From NCBI RefSeq assembly GCF_000981785.2, contig NZ_CP011304.1, positions 3,720,001-3,752,000 on the forward strand: a DNA stretch of 32,000 nt. Direction: 5' to 3'. A program made the translations under genes and the position numbers. The notes under the pieces were generated by a model. The model was not told where the DNA came from and did not search any database. It saw only the letters and a program-made list of their open reading frames with translations. Numbering within the stretch: position 1 is the first letter of the stretch; each line of letters opens with the position of its first letter. This DNA comes from Microcystis aeruginosa NIES-2549 (lineage in GTDB: Bacteria; Cyanobacteriota; Cyanobacteriia; Cyanobacteriales; Microcystaceae). Of the stretch, positions 1-8,394 are shown piece after piece.

Positions 1-26
1 ACCCCACTTCCCACTTCCCAGCAAAT

Positions 27-2579
27 CTAAATGTCTTCAGATTCCTCGCCATCACTAGGGGGAACTAGGGCGACAGCAGCGATCGCATCGTCCTCATCGA
101 GTTTTTGTACCCGGATACCTCCGGCCGATCGCGATTGAGGAGTAATCGCATCGACGGATTGACGGATGATAATGCCCCGTTCGGTGATAATCATAAATTC
201 CTCGTTGGGGTTAACAACGTGCAGAGCCGCTAATTTATCGTTCTTTTTGCGGAATTTAATCACTCTGACTCCTAATCCCGCCCGATTTTGCAGACGTAGG
301 AGGGTAACGGGAACCCGTTTTCCTAGTCCTGCCATGGTAATTGCTAACACCCAGGGGCCATTATTAGCCACTTCGGGGTTAATTTCTTCGCTTTCGTCCT
401 CGGTTTCTTCTTGGTTAGATTCAGCGATTTGGGCGACAATTTGACTAGGCAGAATGTCCATACTAATTAATTCGTCACCTGAGCGCAATTTCATCGATTT
501 TACGCCTTTAGTTGCCCTTCCCAAGGAGCGCAATTGTTGACTATCGGCCTTAAAATGAATTGCCATCCCCTGACGAGAACCGATAATGACGCTATCTTCC
601 TCTTTAGCCAAGCGAACCCAACGCAGTTGATCACCGTCTTCGAGAGAAATGGCGATTAAACCGTTCGATCGAATATTACTAAAGGCAGCGAGGGCGGTTT
701 TCTTGATAAATCCCTTTTGTGTGAGCATAATCAGGTAATTATCCTCGCTGAACTCGCTGACTGCCACCACCGAGGTGATTTTCTCCCCTTTGGGAATCTC
801 TAACAGTTGCACGATGGGAACCCCGCGAGCGGTGCGGGAACCGGTGGGGATATGATAGGCATTGAGACTATAGACAACCCCGCGATCGGTGAAAAAGAGG
901 ACGCTATCGTGATCGCGGCAGGTGATAAAGTGATCGATGCCGTCGTCTTCTTTCATTTTTGCGCCAGCTTTGCCCCTTGTCGCCCGATTTTGGGACTCAA
1001 AGGTATTAACGGGCATTCTTTTGATGTAACCCTGTTCAGTGACGAGAATTAAGGCCTGTTCGTTGGCAATCAGGTCAGTTTCGGCGATTTCTCCTTCCCG
1101 TTGTTCAATATGACTGCGACGGGGGGTAGCGTGAATCGTTTTGATCTGTTGCAGTTCTTCCTCGATAATGCTGTCGATCCGTTCTTTTCTGGCTAAAATA
1201 TCCTGAAGATCGCCGATTTTTGTCAGTAATTCCCCGTGTTCTTGCTGAATTTTCTCCGATTCTAGGGCGGTTAACCGTCGCAGCTGCATTTGTAGGATTG
1301 CGTCCGCTTGCACCTCTGAAAGACCAAAATTCTGCACTAATCCCTCTTTTGCACTAGCTGTGTCGGCAGCACTGCGAATCAGGGCAATGACTGCATCGAG
1401 ACTAGCGAGGGCAATTAGTAAACCCTGAAGGAGATGATCTCTTTCCTCGGCCTTGCGGAGTTCATAACGGGTACGACGGGTGATAACTTCTAGGCGAAAA
1501 TCGAGGAAAACCCGGAGAAACTCCCTTAAAGTCAGTAATCTCGGTTCGTTATCGACTAATGCCAACATATTCGCCCCAAAATTGGACTGGAGGGGCGTTT
1601 GTTTATAAAGATTGTTGAGGACGACGCGGGGATAGGCATCTCGTTTCAGTTCGATCACCACCCGGATGCCGTCGCGATCGCTTTCGTCCCGCACATCGGA
1701 AATACCGTCTATTTTGCGATCATTGACCAAATCGGCGATTTTTTCGATTAATGCCGCTTTATTGGTTTGATAGGGCAGTTCGGTGATGATAATAGCATCT
1801 CGATCGGGTCTTCCCCTTTGTTCGATGGTTTCAATGGTGGCCACTCCCCGCAGGGTAATGGAACCGCGGCCGGTGGTGTAAGCTTCCTGAATGCCGTCTC
1901 TACCGAGGATATGTCCCCCGGTGGGAAAGTCCGGCCCTGGGATATAACGCTGTAATTCCGTATCGGTGAGATCGGGGTTATGGATGAGGGCAACGGTTCC
2001 ATCGATAATCTCGGCCAGGTTGTGGGGGGGGATATTGGTGGCCATCCCGACGGCGATACCCGATGAGCCATTAATTAGCAGTTGCGGGACTCTAGAGGGT
2101 AAAACCACGGGTTCCTGTTGGGAACCATCGAAGTTATCGGCAAAATCGACGGTTTCTGACTCGATATCCTGTAGTAGGGCGTTGGTGGCCAGGGTGTGCA
2201 GACGACACTCGGTATAACGCATGGCCGCCGGGGGATCGTTATCGATCGATCCGAAGTTACCATGACCGTTAATCAGGGGATCGCGCATGGAGAAATCCTG
2301 GGCCATGCGGACGAGAGCATCGTAAACGGCAGTATCCCCGTGGGGGTGGTATTTTCCTAATACTTCCCCGACGACTCTAGCGCATTTGCGGAAGGGGCGA
2401 TCGGGGGTTAATCCTAGTTCGTACATCGCGTAAAGAATGCGCCGGTGTACGGGTTTCAGTCCGTCCCTAGCGTCGGGCAAGGCTCGCCCAACGATGACGC
2501 TCATGGCGTATTCTAGGTAGGAACGGGACATTTCATTGCTTAAGTCTGTGGGGACGACATGATCCTGGGCGGCGGTCAT
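27..2579 (-). CDS. gyrA: DNA gyrase subunit A
   Basis: 850-aa ORF with ATG at 2579. It has the N-terminal GyrA signature [14 protein letters not shown], the QRDR-like [17 protein letters not shown] and the catalytic Tyr context AAMRYTE. The repeated C-terminal beta-pinwheel-like segments end in an acidic tail. Confidence 0.97.
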   Translation of the reverse strand: MTAAQDHVVPTDLSNEMSRSYLEYAMSVIVGRALPDARDGLKPVHRRILYAMYELGLTPDRPFRKCARVVGEVLGKYHPHGDTAVYDALVRMAQDFSMRDPLINGHGNFGSIDNDPPAAMRYTECRLHTLATNALLQDIESETVDFADNFDGSQQEPVVLPSRVPQLLINGSSGIAVGMATNIPPHNLAEIIDGTVALIHNPDLTDTELQRYIPGPDFPTGGHILGRDGIQEAYTTGRGSITLRGVATIETIEQRGRPDRDAIIITELPYQTNKAALIEKIADLVNDRKIDGISDVRDESDRDGIRVVIELKRDAYPRVVLNNLYKQTPLQSNFGANMLALVDNEPRLLTLREFLRVFLDFRLEVITRRTRYELRKAEERDHLLQGLLIALASLDAVIALIRSAADTASAKEGLVQNFGLSEVQADAILQMQLRRLTALESEKIQQEHGELLTKIGDLQDILARKERIDSIIEEELQQIKTIHATPRRSHIEQREGEIAETDLIANEQALILVTEQGYIKRMPVNTFESQNRATRGKAGAKMKEDDGIDHFITCRDHDSVLFFTDRGVVYSLNAYHIPTGSRTARGVPIVQLLEIPKGEKITSVVAVSEFSEDNYLIMLTQKGFIKKTALAAFSNIRSNGLIAISLEDGDQLRWVRLAKEEDSVIIGSRQGMAIHFKADSQQLRSLGRATKGVKSMKLRSGDELISMDILPSQIVAQIAESNQEETEDESEEINPEVANNGPWVLAITMAGLGKRVPVTLLRLQNRAGLGVRVIKFRKKNDKLAALHVVNPNEEFMIITERGIIIRQSVDAITPQSRSAGGIRVQKLDEDDAIAAVALVPPSDGEESEDI

Positions 2580-2825
2580 AGGGGGGTTAACTCCAATAAC
2601 AAGGCAAAAAAGCGTTTTTGTGATTAAATTCGCTAAAAGTCGGGTTTTTACCCTTTTGATGTGCAGAATATGCCCATTTGTACGACTATTTTACCATAAA
2701 ATCCCTCTTTTTTGGGGTTTGAGGCGGCACTCAAACTTTTGCCGAAAGTCTCTTCCCTCATTCGGGCCCGATCTTGACACTTTGTGGACTATCTGTCACA
2801 ATATTGTTATGTAGGACATTTGTTC

Positions 2826-3155
2826 TTAAAGTAATGGATTTGCAATTGTCATTATTTCTAAATCCTCCAATAAAGTCCGAAAACTATGCACGGGAAAGTT
2901 ATCTTGATTCCGTTTTTTCTCTTGAGGATTGATGATTCTTGCCCCAATCATCGCCACCACTAAGTTTCTGATTCGGGAGGATTTTTCACTGATTATTTTA
3001 TCTAAACCCAATTTTTTAATCGTCTCTAAAATAGCCATCACATGACCATGAGGAAGACTTCTAATCACTTCAAAGTGATCGGGAATGCCTTCATTCATTG
3101 ACAGTTTTGCCCCTTTGAAAGCCAGTTTCAGATTGTTGATATGGCGCTTTTCACG
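2826..3155 (-). pseudogene. IS1634/IS4-like transposase N-terminal remnant (truncated)
   Basis: The frame stays open from 3155 down to the stop at 2826, with no start upstream of the internal ATG at 3098. The segment FEVIRSLPHGHVMAILETIKKLGLDKIISEKSSRIRNLVVAMIGARIINPQ matches the conserved N-terminal region of IS1634-family transposases as I recall it (..RPHGHVAAVLG..LGL..II......LVVAMIVARIINPQSKLAT..). The similarity stops after NPQ. Only about 110 of the >500 aa expected are present. Confidence 0.55.
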
Positions 3156-3495
3156 TTACTGAGGTATCGACAAGTTTTGCCAACAAAGGGTTTAAGCCCC
3201 TTGCCCATGCCTCATTCTGATGAAAACTGCTATAGTCATTTCAATTAAGATTGAGAATATCAATGCCAGAGTTCATAAGGGTTTAACCAGTCTAGAGTGT
3301 ATCAGACTTATCTGGAATGACTATATATGACCGCCATTTTAGCCTAAACTTCTCCCACTTGTCTATTAAGAATTACAATAAACATGGGTACATCAAGAAA
3401 AGTTAATGGGTGTATCCATTGATGGATAAGGGTTTTTGGCTATTGTAGTAGATATGTATGGGGGAAGTTCAGGAATAGTGATAGAAACAAGAATT

Positions 3496-3528
3496 AAGCA
3501 GATTGCACCGTCCGGCAATCTGCTTTTC
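3496..3528. terminator. Stem-loop with flanking T runs (possible bidirectional intrinsic terminator)
   Basis: The stem is gcagattgc (3498-3506) paired with gcaatctgc (3515-3523), around an 8-nt loop. It is followed by ttttc on the + strand and by ttaattcttgttt on the - strand. It lies about 190 nt downstream of the stop of the Tyr-rich gene on the - strand. Confidence 0.35.
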
Positions 3529-3533
3529 ATTAC

Positions 3534-3650
3534 TATTCCTAACCTGAGTTCGGTTTAAGGGAATTTTGCCATAGCTTCCACGAAAGAATAGGAGTTTCAG
3601 GCTACGGTAGCATCAGGGTTTTAGCTTATCCCGAACTGAGGTTATTCCTA
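3534..3650. mobile_element. MITE-like element: 101-bp body, 12-bp terminal inverted repeats, 8-bp direct duplication
   Basis: The direct repeat tattccta occurs at 3534-3541 and 3643-3650. It immediately flanks the inverted termini acctgagttcgg (3542-3553) and ccgaactgaggt (3631-3642), which match at 11 of 12 complementary positions. The body has no coding capacity. Confidence 0.45.
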
Positions 3651-3719
3651 GCTTTTAGAGTTTGAAACCACCTAATCTCAAAGCCTAGTGCTATGCCACC
3701 TTGAAAGTCTATTCTACGG

Positions 3720-4532
3720 TTAGAATACTAGATCGGCCGAGTAGTAGTTGCTAAATAAGGCATCGCTGTTGTTGTAGGAGGAGTTGTAGGCAGAGCCATA
3801 CTCTGACCCTAGACCATAATAACCGCCATAGGATGAGACATTATAGGTGGTTGAGTAACTGGGTGTCCCGACTCCATCATAGTCCCCACCGCCATCATAG
3901 TAGCTGCTGACGTAGATGTTGGTGTTACTGCCACTATAACCCGTATCATAACCATAGTCATAGACGTAGTCGATGGAATAGGAGCCGTAGTTGTAGGTTT
4001 CGTTGTAGTAACCAGTCAGGTACTGTCCACTATAGTAGCCTAGAGAACTGTCTCCATAACCGTAACCCGTATAGGAGTCTCCGTTGCCATAGTAGTAGGT
4101 GTAACTGAAGTATATGTCGTTGCCACCACTGGTATCGGCCGAGTAGTAGTTGCTAAATAAGGCATCGCTGTTGTTGTAGGAGGAGTTGTAGGCAGAGCCA
4201 TACTCTGACCCTAGACCATAATAACCGCCATAGGATGAGACATTATAGGTGGTTGAGTAACTGGGTGTCCCGACTCCATCATAGTCCCCACCGCCATCAT
4301 AGTAGCTGCTGACGTAGATGTTGGTGTTACTGCCACTATAACCCGTATCATAACCATAGTCATAGACGTAGTCGATGGAATAGGAGCCGTAGTTGTAGGT
4401 TTCGTTGTAGTAACCAGTCAGGTACTGTCCACTATAGTAGCCTAGAGAACTGTCTCCATAACCATAACCCGTATAGGAGTCTCCGTTGCCATAGTAGTAG
4501 GTGTAACTGAAGTATATGTCGTTGCCAGCCAT
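3720..4532 (-). CDS. Tyr/Gly/Ser-rich acidic repeat protein of unknown family (two 134-aa units)
   Basis: 270-aa ORF with ATG at 4530-4532 and AGGA 8 nt upstream (mRNA ..ggugAGGAuuuaauauAUG). It is the only ORF of 60 aa or more in the supplied six-frame track across this TA-rich stretch. By hand count it is about 26% Tyr and has no K, R, H, C or W. I see no signal peptide or TM segment. Confidence 0.7.
   Translation of the reverse strand: MAGNDIYFSYTYYYGNGDSYTGYGYGDSSLGYYSGQYLTGYYNETYNYGSYSIDYVYDYGYDTGYSGSNTNIYVSSYYDGGGDYDGVGTPSYSTTYNVSSYGGYYGLGSEYGSAYNSSYNNSDALFSNYYSADTSGGNDIYFSYTYYYGNGDSYTGYGYGDSSLGYYSGQYLTGYYNETYNYGSYSIDYVYDYGYDTGYSGSNTNIYVSSYYDGGGDYDGVGTPSYSTTYNVSSYGGYYGLGSEYGSAYNSSYNNSDALFSNYYSADLVF
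3732..4527. repeat. Tandem direct duplication, period 402 bp (two 394-bp copies joined by 8 bp)
   Basis: Copy 3732-4125 and copy 4134-4527 align base for base at an offset of 402. I found one mismatch (4062 g versus 4464 a), which is a synonymous TAC/TAT Tyr codon on the coding strand. The 8-bp junction is ccactggt (4126-4133). Confidence 0.95.
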
Positions 4533-4816
4533 ATATTAAATCCTCACCAGATAATGAGAAAAGAAAGTTATGAAACAAGAGATGCCGAGCGTTTTTTATA
4601 CTAGCCAGACGCTCCGAATCTCAGAGGGGACAGAGGAGTATTTAGGGTTTGAATTAGGTTAGGGACAATTTTCCTCCCCCTCGTCCTATCCTACACCAAA
4701 TATTAAATGGTAATCTTTAACATTTATGTAGATTATGCTGAAAAAGACTGAAATGCCTATAGGAAAAAGGTTTCGACTCAATAAAGTCTAGAAGAAAGGC
4801 ACAAAAAAGGGTAACT

Positions 4817-4889
4817 GCCGAGGCTGACGGGGTGACAAGCAGATTGAAAGTGAGACACTAGGCTTCAACCTCGTTGTCACCCCTTCGGC
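4817..4889 (+). promoter_or_regulatory. Structured leader upstream of the small ORF and ureD
   Basis: A 10-bp stem pairs ggggtgacaa (4829-4838) with ttgtcacccc (4874-4883). It can be extended by gccgag (4817-4822) paired with ttcggc (4884-4889), leaving a 6-nt bulge and a 35-nt loop. The structure ends 17 nt before the GTG at 4906. Confidence 0.3.
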
Positions 4890-4905
4890 TAGTTTAGTTG
4901 TTCGG

Positions 4906-5088
4906 GTGACGAAACCCCATCTGGTTTATCAAAAATTCGAGCTAAAAAATCCTCTCCTGGTCGGCAAAAAAGCGGAAAGTGAATATATTTTACTGATCAG
5001 GGATAAAGAACAGCAAATAGAAGTTAAAATTAATCTCAGTCCCGAAAATTATCGGCAATTTCTAGAAACCATGACTGAGGAACAATAA
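4906..5088 (+). CDS. Small hypothetical protein translationally coupled to ureD
   Basis: 60-codon ORF with a GTG start. Its composition looks protein-like (..LVYQKFELKNPLLVGKKAESEYILLIRDKEQQIEVKINLSPENYRQFLE..). Its TAA stop overlaps the ureD ATG by 1 nt (TAATG at 5086-5090). I recognise no family. Confidence 0.4.
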   Translation: MTKPHLVYQKFELKNPLLVGKKAESEYILLIRDKEQQIEVKINLSPENYRQFLETMTEEQ

Positions 5089-5900
5089 TGTGGCAGGGAA
5101 ACCTAGAACTAATTTACAAGCAAAAAAATCTCGCAACCGAGATTAATCACGTCTATGCTACCGCCCCTTTAAAAGTACAAAGACCTTTTTATCCCGAAGG
5201 AAAAAACCTTTGTCATACGGTGATTTTACACACTGCGGGGGGAATAGTTGGCGGTGATGTTCTGCAACAAAAAATTCATCTCCAAGCCGCTACTAATGCC
5301 CTGATTACCACTGCTTCTGCTGGAAAAGTTTACCAGAGTAACGGTCAGATGGCACAGCAATTAATCGAGATTAAAATCGATGACAATGCCAGTTTAGAAT
5401 GGCTACCCCAAGAAACAATTATCTTTAATGGTGCGGCATTTCGCCAACATTTACGAGTGGATTTAGGGGAAAATAGCAGTTGGTTGGGATGGGAAATTAC
5501 CCGTTTTGGTCGCAGTGCGCGAGGGGAGAAATTTTTAGCGGGAGAATGGCATTCTAATTGGGAAATTTGGCGCTCAGGACAACCTTTATGGCTCGATCGA
5601 TCCTGCCTGTTGGGTGGTAAAATGATCGAGGGATTTTCTGGTTTAAATGATAGCGCCCTGATCGGTACTTTAGTTTATATCGGTCAACCGGTGGGCAGAA
5701 ATTTAATCGAGAAAGTGAGAGATTTTTCCCTAGAAGGAGAGATGGGAGTTACTAGCACTTTAGGAGATGGTCTTTTATGTCGTTATCGGGGTAATTCTAG
5801 CGGTGAAGTGCGACAATGGTTTCAGCAGGTTTGGCAAATTTTAAGGCGAGAAATGAGCGATCGAGAGGCAATTATTCCGCGAGTTTGGTTATCTTGGTAA
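5088..5900 (+). CDS. ureD: Urease accessory protein UreD
   Basis: 270 aa with UreD/UreH-like motifs: PLKVQRPFYPEG, HTAGGIVGGD and a TTASAGKVY core. No other ure genes are adjacent, which is common in cyanobacteria. Confidence 0.88.
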   Translation: MWQGNLELIYKQKNLATEINHVYATAPLKVQRPFYPEGKNLCHTVILHTAGGIVGGDVLQQKIHLQAATNALITTASAGKVYQSNGQMAQQLIEIKIDDNASLEWLPQETIIFNGAAFRQHLRVDLGENSSWLGWEITRFGRSARGEKFLAGEWHSNWEIWRSGQPLWLDRSCLLGGKMIEGFSGLNDSALIGTLVYIGQPVGRNLIEKVRDFSLEGEMGVTSTLGDGLLCRYRGNSSGEVRQWFQQVWQILRREMSDREAIIPRVWLSW

Positions 5901-6074
5901 AAGCGGCGGCTCTCCCCGGTTTGGTGGGTAAAATGTATTCTAAGATACAGTCTTGCGGGCGAGTGAGTGAAACGAACCACTCCAGACACAAAGGACACAG
6001 AGATCGATCACTACTATATAAGTTAAACTGATCACACAAAGAATAAGAGAGCCGGGCGGTCAATTTTAATTTTT

Positions 6075-7016
6075 TCAAGTCACTTGAATGCCTGTATCGG
6101 TGATTGGCGCTATCCAAAATTGTAGATCGGGAGCGACGAGAATTTCCCGGGCTTTTTTAACGATGGTTTCCGCCACTTCCTGAGATGAACAGAGAGTAAA
6201 AACCGTCGGGCCAGAGCCTGACATCATCGTTCCCAAGCCGCCTAAATCGCCCAGAACCTGTCTTAACTCGGCTACGAGGGGAAATTCGGGTAAAACCACC
6301 TTTTCGAGGTCATTGTGGATAAATTTGCCGATAGCGGCTGGTTTTTTCTGGGCGATCGCTTGTACCAAAGCCCCGGAACTCACCTGCTGACGGCGGTGAT
6401 GAAAGTCCTCTGGAGAAGACAGATAGGTATCTTGAAATTTTTGCCGATAGCTTTGGTAGGCCCAGGGTGTAGAAACGGATAAATGATCGTATTTGGCTAA
6501 AATCACCCATAATCCGGTTAGAGGAGCGATCGGATCGAGAATTTCTCCCCTTCCCGTACAGATAACCGTTCCTCCTGTCACACAAAAGGAAGTATCGGAT
6601 CCCAATCTTGCCGCTAAAGTTTCTAATTCCGGACGGGTTAACCCTAATTCCCAGATTAAATCGATGCCAACTAACACCGCCGCCGCGTTGGTGGAACCCC
6701 CCGCTAAACCGGCAGCCACGGGAATATATTTCTCGATGATGATATCGATGCCGCCGTAATTGGCAAAGAGGCGGGGGAATTCCCTCGCCATCAAAGTGGC
6801 GGCCCGATGGGCGAGATTACTGCTATCTTGGGGGACGAGGGGATGAGAGCAAAAGAGGCGGAATTCCTGCAATCCGTTGGGCCGGAGAGTGATGCGATCG
6901 CATAATGCCACCGTCTGCATCACCATGACTAACTCGTGGAAACCATCAGGGCGATCGCCAACGATTTCTAGATATAAGTTAATTTTAGCGGGGGCTAGAA
7001 GGGTATAACTGTGCAT
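6075..7016 (-). CDS. ispE: 4-diphosphocytidyl-2-C-methyl-D-erythritol kinase
   Basis: 313 aa with an N-terminal APAKINLYLEIVGDRPDGFHEL motif and the GHMP-kinase motif PVAAGLAGGSTNAAA. Confidence 0.95.
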   Translation of the reverse strand: MHSYTLLAPAKINLYLEIVGDRPDGFHELVMVMQTVALCDRITLRPNGLQEFRLFCSHPLVPQDSSNLAHRAATLMAREFPRLFANYGGIDIIIEKYIPVAAGLAGGSTNAAAVLVGIDLIWELGLTRPELETLAARLGSDTSFCVTGGTVICTGRGEILDPIAPLTGLWVILAKYDHLSVSTPWAYQSYRQKFQDTYLSSPEDFHHRRQQVSSGALVQAIAQKKPAAIGKFIHNDLEKVVLPEFPLVAELRQVLGDLGGLGTMMSGSGPTVFTLCSSQEVAETIVKKAREILVAPDLQFWIAPITDTGIQVT

Positions 7017-7033
7017 TTGTCAAGAAAAAAAAT

Positions 7034-7840
7034 CTAAAATTTTGGTAATTGACCTAATTTTTCCGCCAAGTCAATCCATTGCGATAAACTGAGATCTTCG
7101 GCGCGAGCGAGGGGATTAATTTCTAATTGTGTCAGGATTTGGCTTAATCGATCGCTATCCAGACAATTTTTTAGATTATTGCGTAACATTTTGCGCCGGT
7201 TGGCAAAACCCCAGCTAATTAAAGTGGACAAAAAGGCAGCATTACTGACATTATTCGGCAAAACACGGGGTAAAAGCTGAATTACCGCCGAATCCACCTG
7301 GGGAGGTGGGGAAAAGGCCCGCCGGGGGACATCACAAATCCATTGACAATCGGCAAGGTATTGAATGCGGACGCTGAGAGCGCTGTAAGCTTTGGTGGAG
7401 GGGACAGCGACTAATCTTTCGGCGACTTCTTTCTGGACTAAGAGGGTAATACTCTGGTACGGGGGGGTGAAGGGATGGGCGATCGAACCGAGCAGCTTTT
7501 CGAGGATCGGACCGGTGATATTATAGGGAATATTAGCCACTACTTTATTAACCGGCGGCAGTTGCTCCGGTTTAAGGCTAAGAAAGTCGCCCGGGATGAG
7601 ATGAAAGTTATCTTGTTGGCCAAATTTTTTATTTAAAATTGTCCATAGATCTCGATCGATTTCTACAGCGACAACCAATTGAGCGCCATCGAGAAGACGA
7701 CGGGTTAAAATGCCTGTACCCGGGCCGATTTCTAATACCCGATCCTCTGATTGTAAATTAGCGGCTCCGATGATGCGATCAAGTATCGATTCATCTTTTA
7801 ACCAATGTTGTCCAAAACGTTTACGCGGTTGAATTTTCAT
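7034..7840 (-). CDS. rsmA: 16S rRNA (adenine1518/1519-N6)-dimethyltransferase
   Basis: 268 aa with the KsgA/RsmA N-terminus RKRFGQHWL, the SAM motif VLEIGPGTGILT and NIPYNITGPIL. Confidence 0.95.
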   Translation of the reverse strand: MKIQPRKRFGQHWLKDESILDRIIGAANLQSEDRVLEIGPGTGILTRRLLDGAQLVVAVEIDRDLWTILNKKFGQQDNFHLIPGDFLSLKPEQLPPVNKVVANIPYNITGPILEKLLGSIAHPFTPPYQSITLLVQKEVAERLVAVPSTKAYSALSVRIQYLADCQWICDVPRRAFSPPPQVDSAVIQLLPRVLPNNVSNAAFLSTLISWGFANRRKMLRNNLKNCLDSDRLSQILTQLEINPLARAEDLSLSQWIDLAEKLGQLPKF

Positions 7841-7964
7841 ACCTCTATTTTAAAATCAGAGGGTTGTCCTCGACAATAACACCCCTGAAAATATGGGCCA
7901 TGCGATCGATAACCGCATCAATTATCATAGAGCCTAGACAAAGATAGCAAAAAAATTAGATACA

Positions 7965-8354
7965 ATGTCAGATTTGAACGATGTTTTCGCAATTGTAGCC
8001 GGAGCGGTTCCGGGGGCGTTATCTCGTTATCATATTACCGAATGGACAAAAGCAAAATTCGGCTTGCGCTTTCCATCTGGAACCTTTATTATTAACTTAA
8101 CCGGCTGTCTAGCTATCGGTTTCTTTTTGGCTATTTTACCCAGTTTTCCCTTTTATTCCCACGAACTAGATTTAATGGTGAGAACCGGATTTTTAGGAGC
8201 CTATACCACCTTTTCTACCTATAGTTTAGATATCCTGATACTCTGGCGCAATCAACAAAATTTTCTCAGTCTTTTTTTTGCCGTTGCTAGTATCATTTTC
8301 GGATTGATTGCCGTGAGAATTGGGGCAGCTATTGCCCAAGTTTTTCTAGGTTAA
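7965..8354 (+). CDS. crcB: Fluoride channel CrcB/FluC, paralog 1
   Basis: 129 aa with four predicted TM segments and the CrcB motifs GALSRY, GTFIINLTGC and GFLGAYTTFSTYSLD. Confidence 0.9.
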   Translation: MSDLNDVFAIVAGAVPGALSRYHITEWTKAKFGLRFPSGTFIINLTGCLAIGFFLAILPSFPFYSHELDLMVRTGFLGAYTTFSTYSLDILILWRNQQNFLSLFFAVASIIFGLIAVRIGAAIAQVFLG

Positions 8355-8394
8355 TTCTCCAATTTATTGAATATTGAAGGGCAGGAGAGACAGC

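Noticed and set aside
1-26. A short direct repeat ccacttcc x2, resembling gggaagtggga at about 12079-12089 on the other strand
   Set aside because: The match is only about 11 nt in two places, which is insufficient to define a repeat family.
166-2263. Several 62-107-aa ORFs (166..444, 807..1052, 1748..2071, 1767..1955, 1966..2217, 2075..2263) inside or antisense to gyrA
   Set aside because: All are fully embedded in the high-confidence gyrA frame. Their composition is low-complexity or unprotein-like and they have no motifs. They are typical shadow ORFs.
2620-2814. 64-aa + strand ORF upstream of gyrA
   Set aside because: It has an odd Cys/Phe/Arg-rich composition, no RBS and no motifs. It lies in the probable gyrA promoter and IS-remnant boundary region.
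3732-4527. Whether the large direct repeat could be a CRISPR array or a non-coding satellite
   Set aside because: There are only two units of about 400 bp and no short repeat-spacer periodicity. A single long frame with a good RBS runs through both copies, so this is an intragenic duplication.
4533-4905. An NtcA-type site (GTA-N8-TAC) in the divergent region upstream of ureD
   Set aside because: I found only imperfect matches (e.g. gtaatctttaacat). None has both half-sites with a suitably spaced -10 element.
5816-6117. ORFs 5816..6031 (+) and 5872..6117 (-) in the ureD/ispE convergent spacer
   Set aside because: They overlap the ends of two solid genes and each other. Their composition is unprotein-like (Arg/Ser/Cys-rich) and they have no start context.
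7841-7964. A fluoride (crcB-motif) riboswitch upstream of crcB
   Set aside because: By eye the conserved pseudoknot and core segments are not present. Only vague resemblances appear (ataaccgc, tcatagagcct). It needs a covariance-model scan before any claim.
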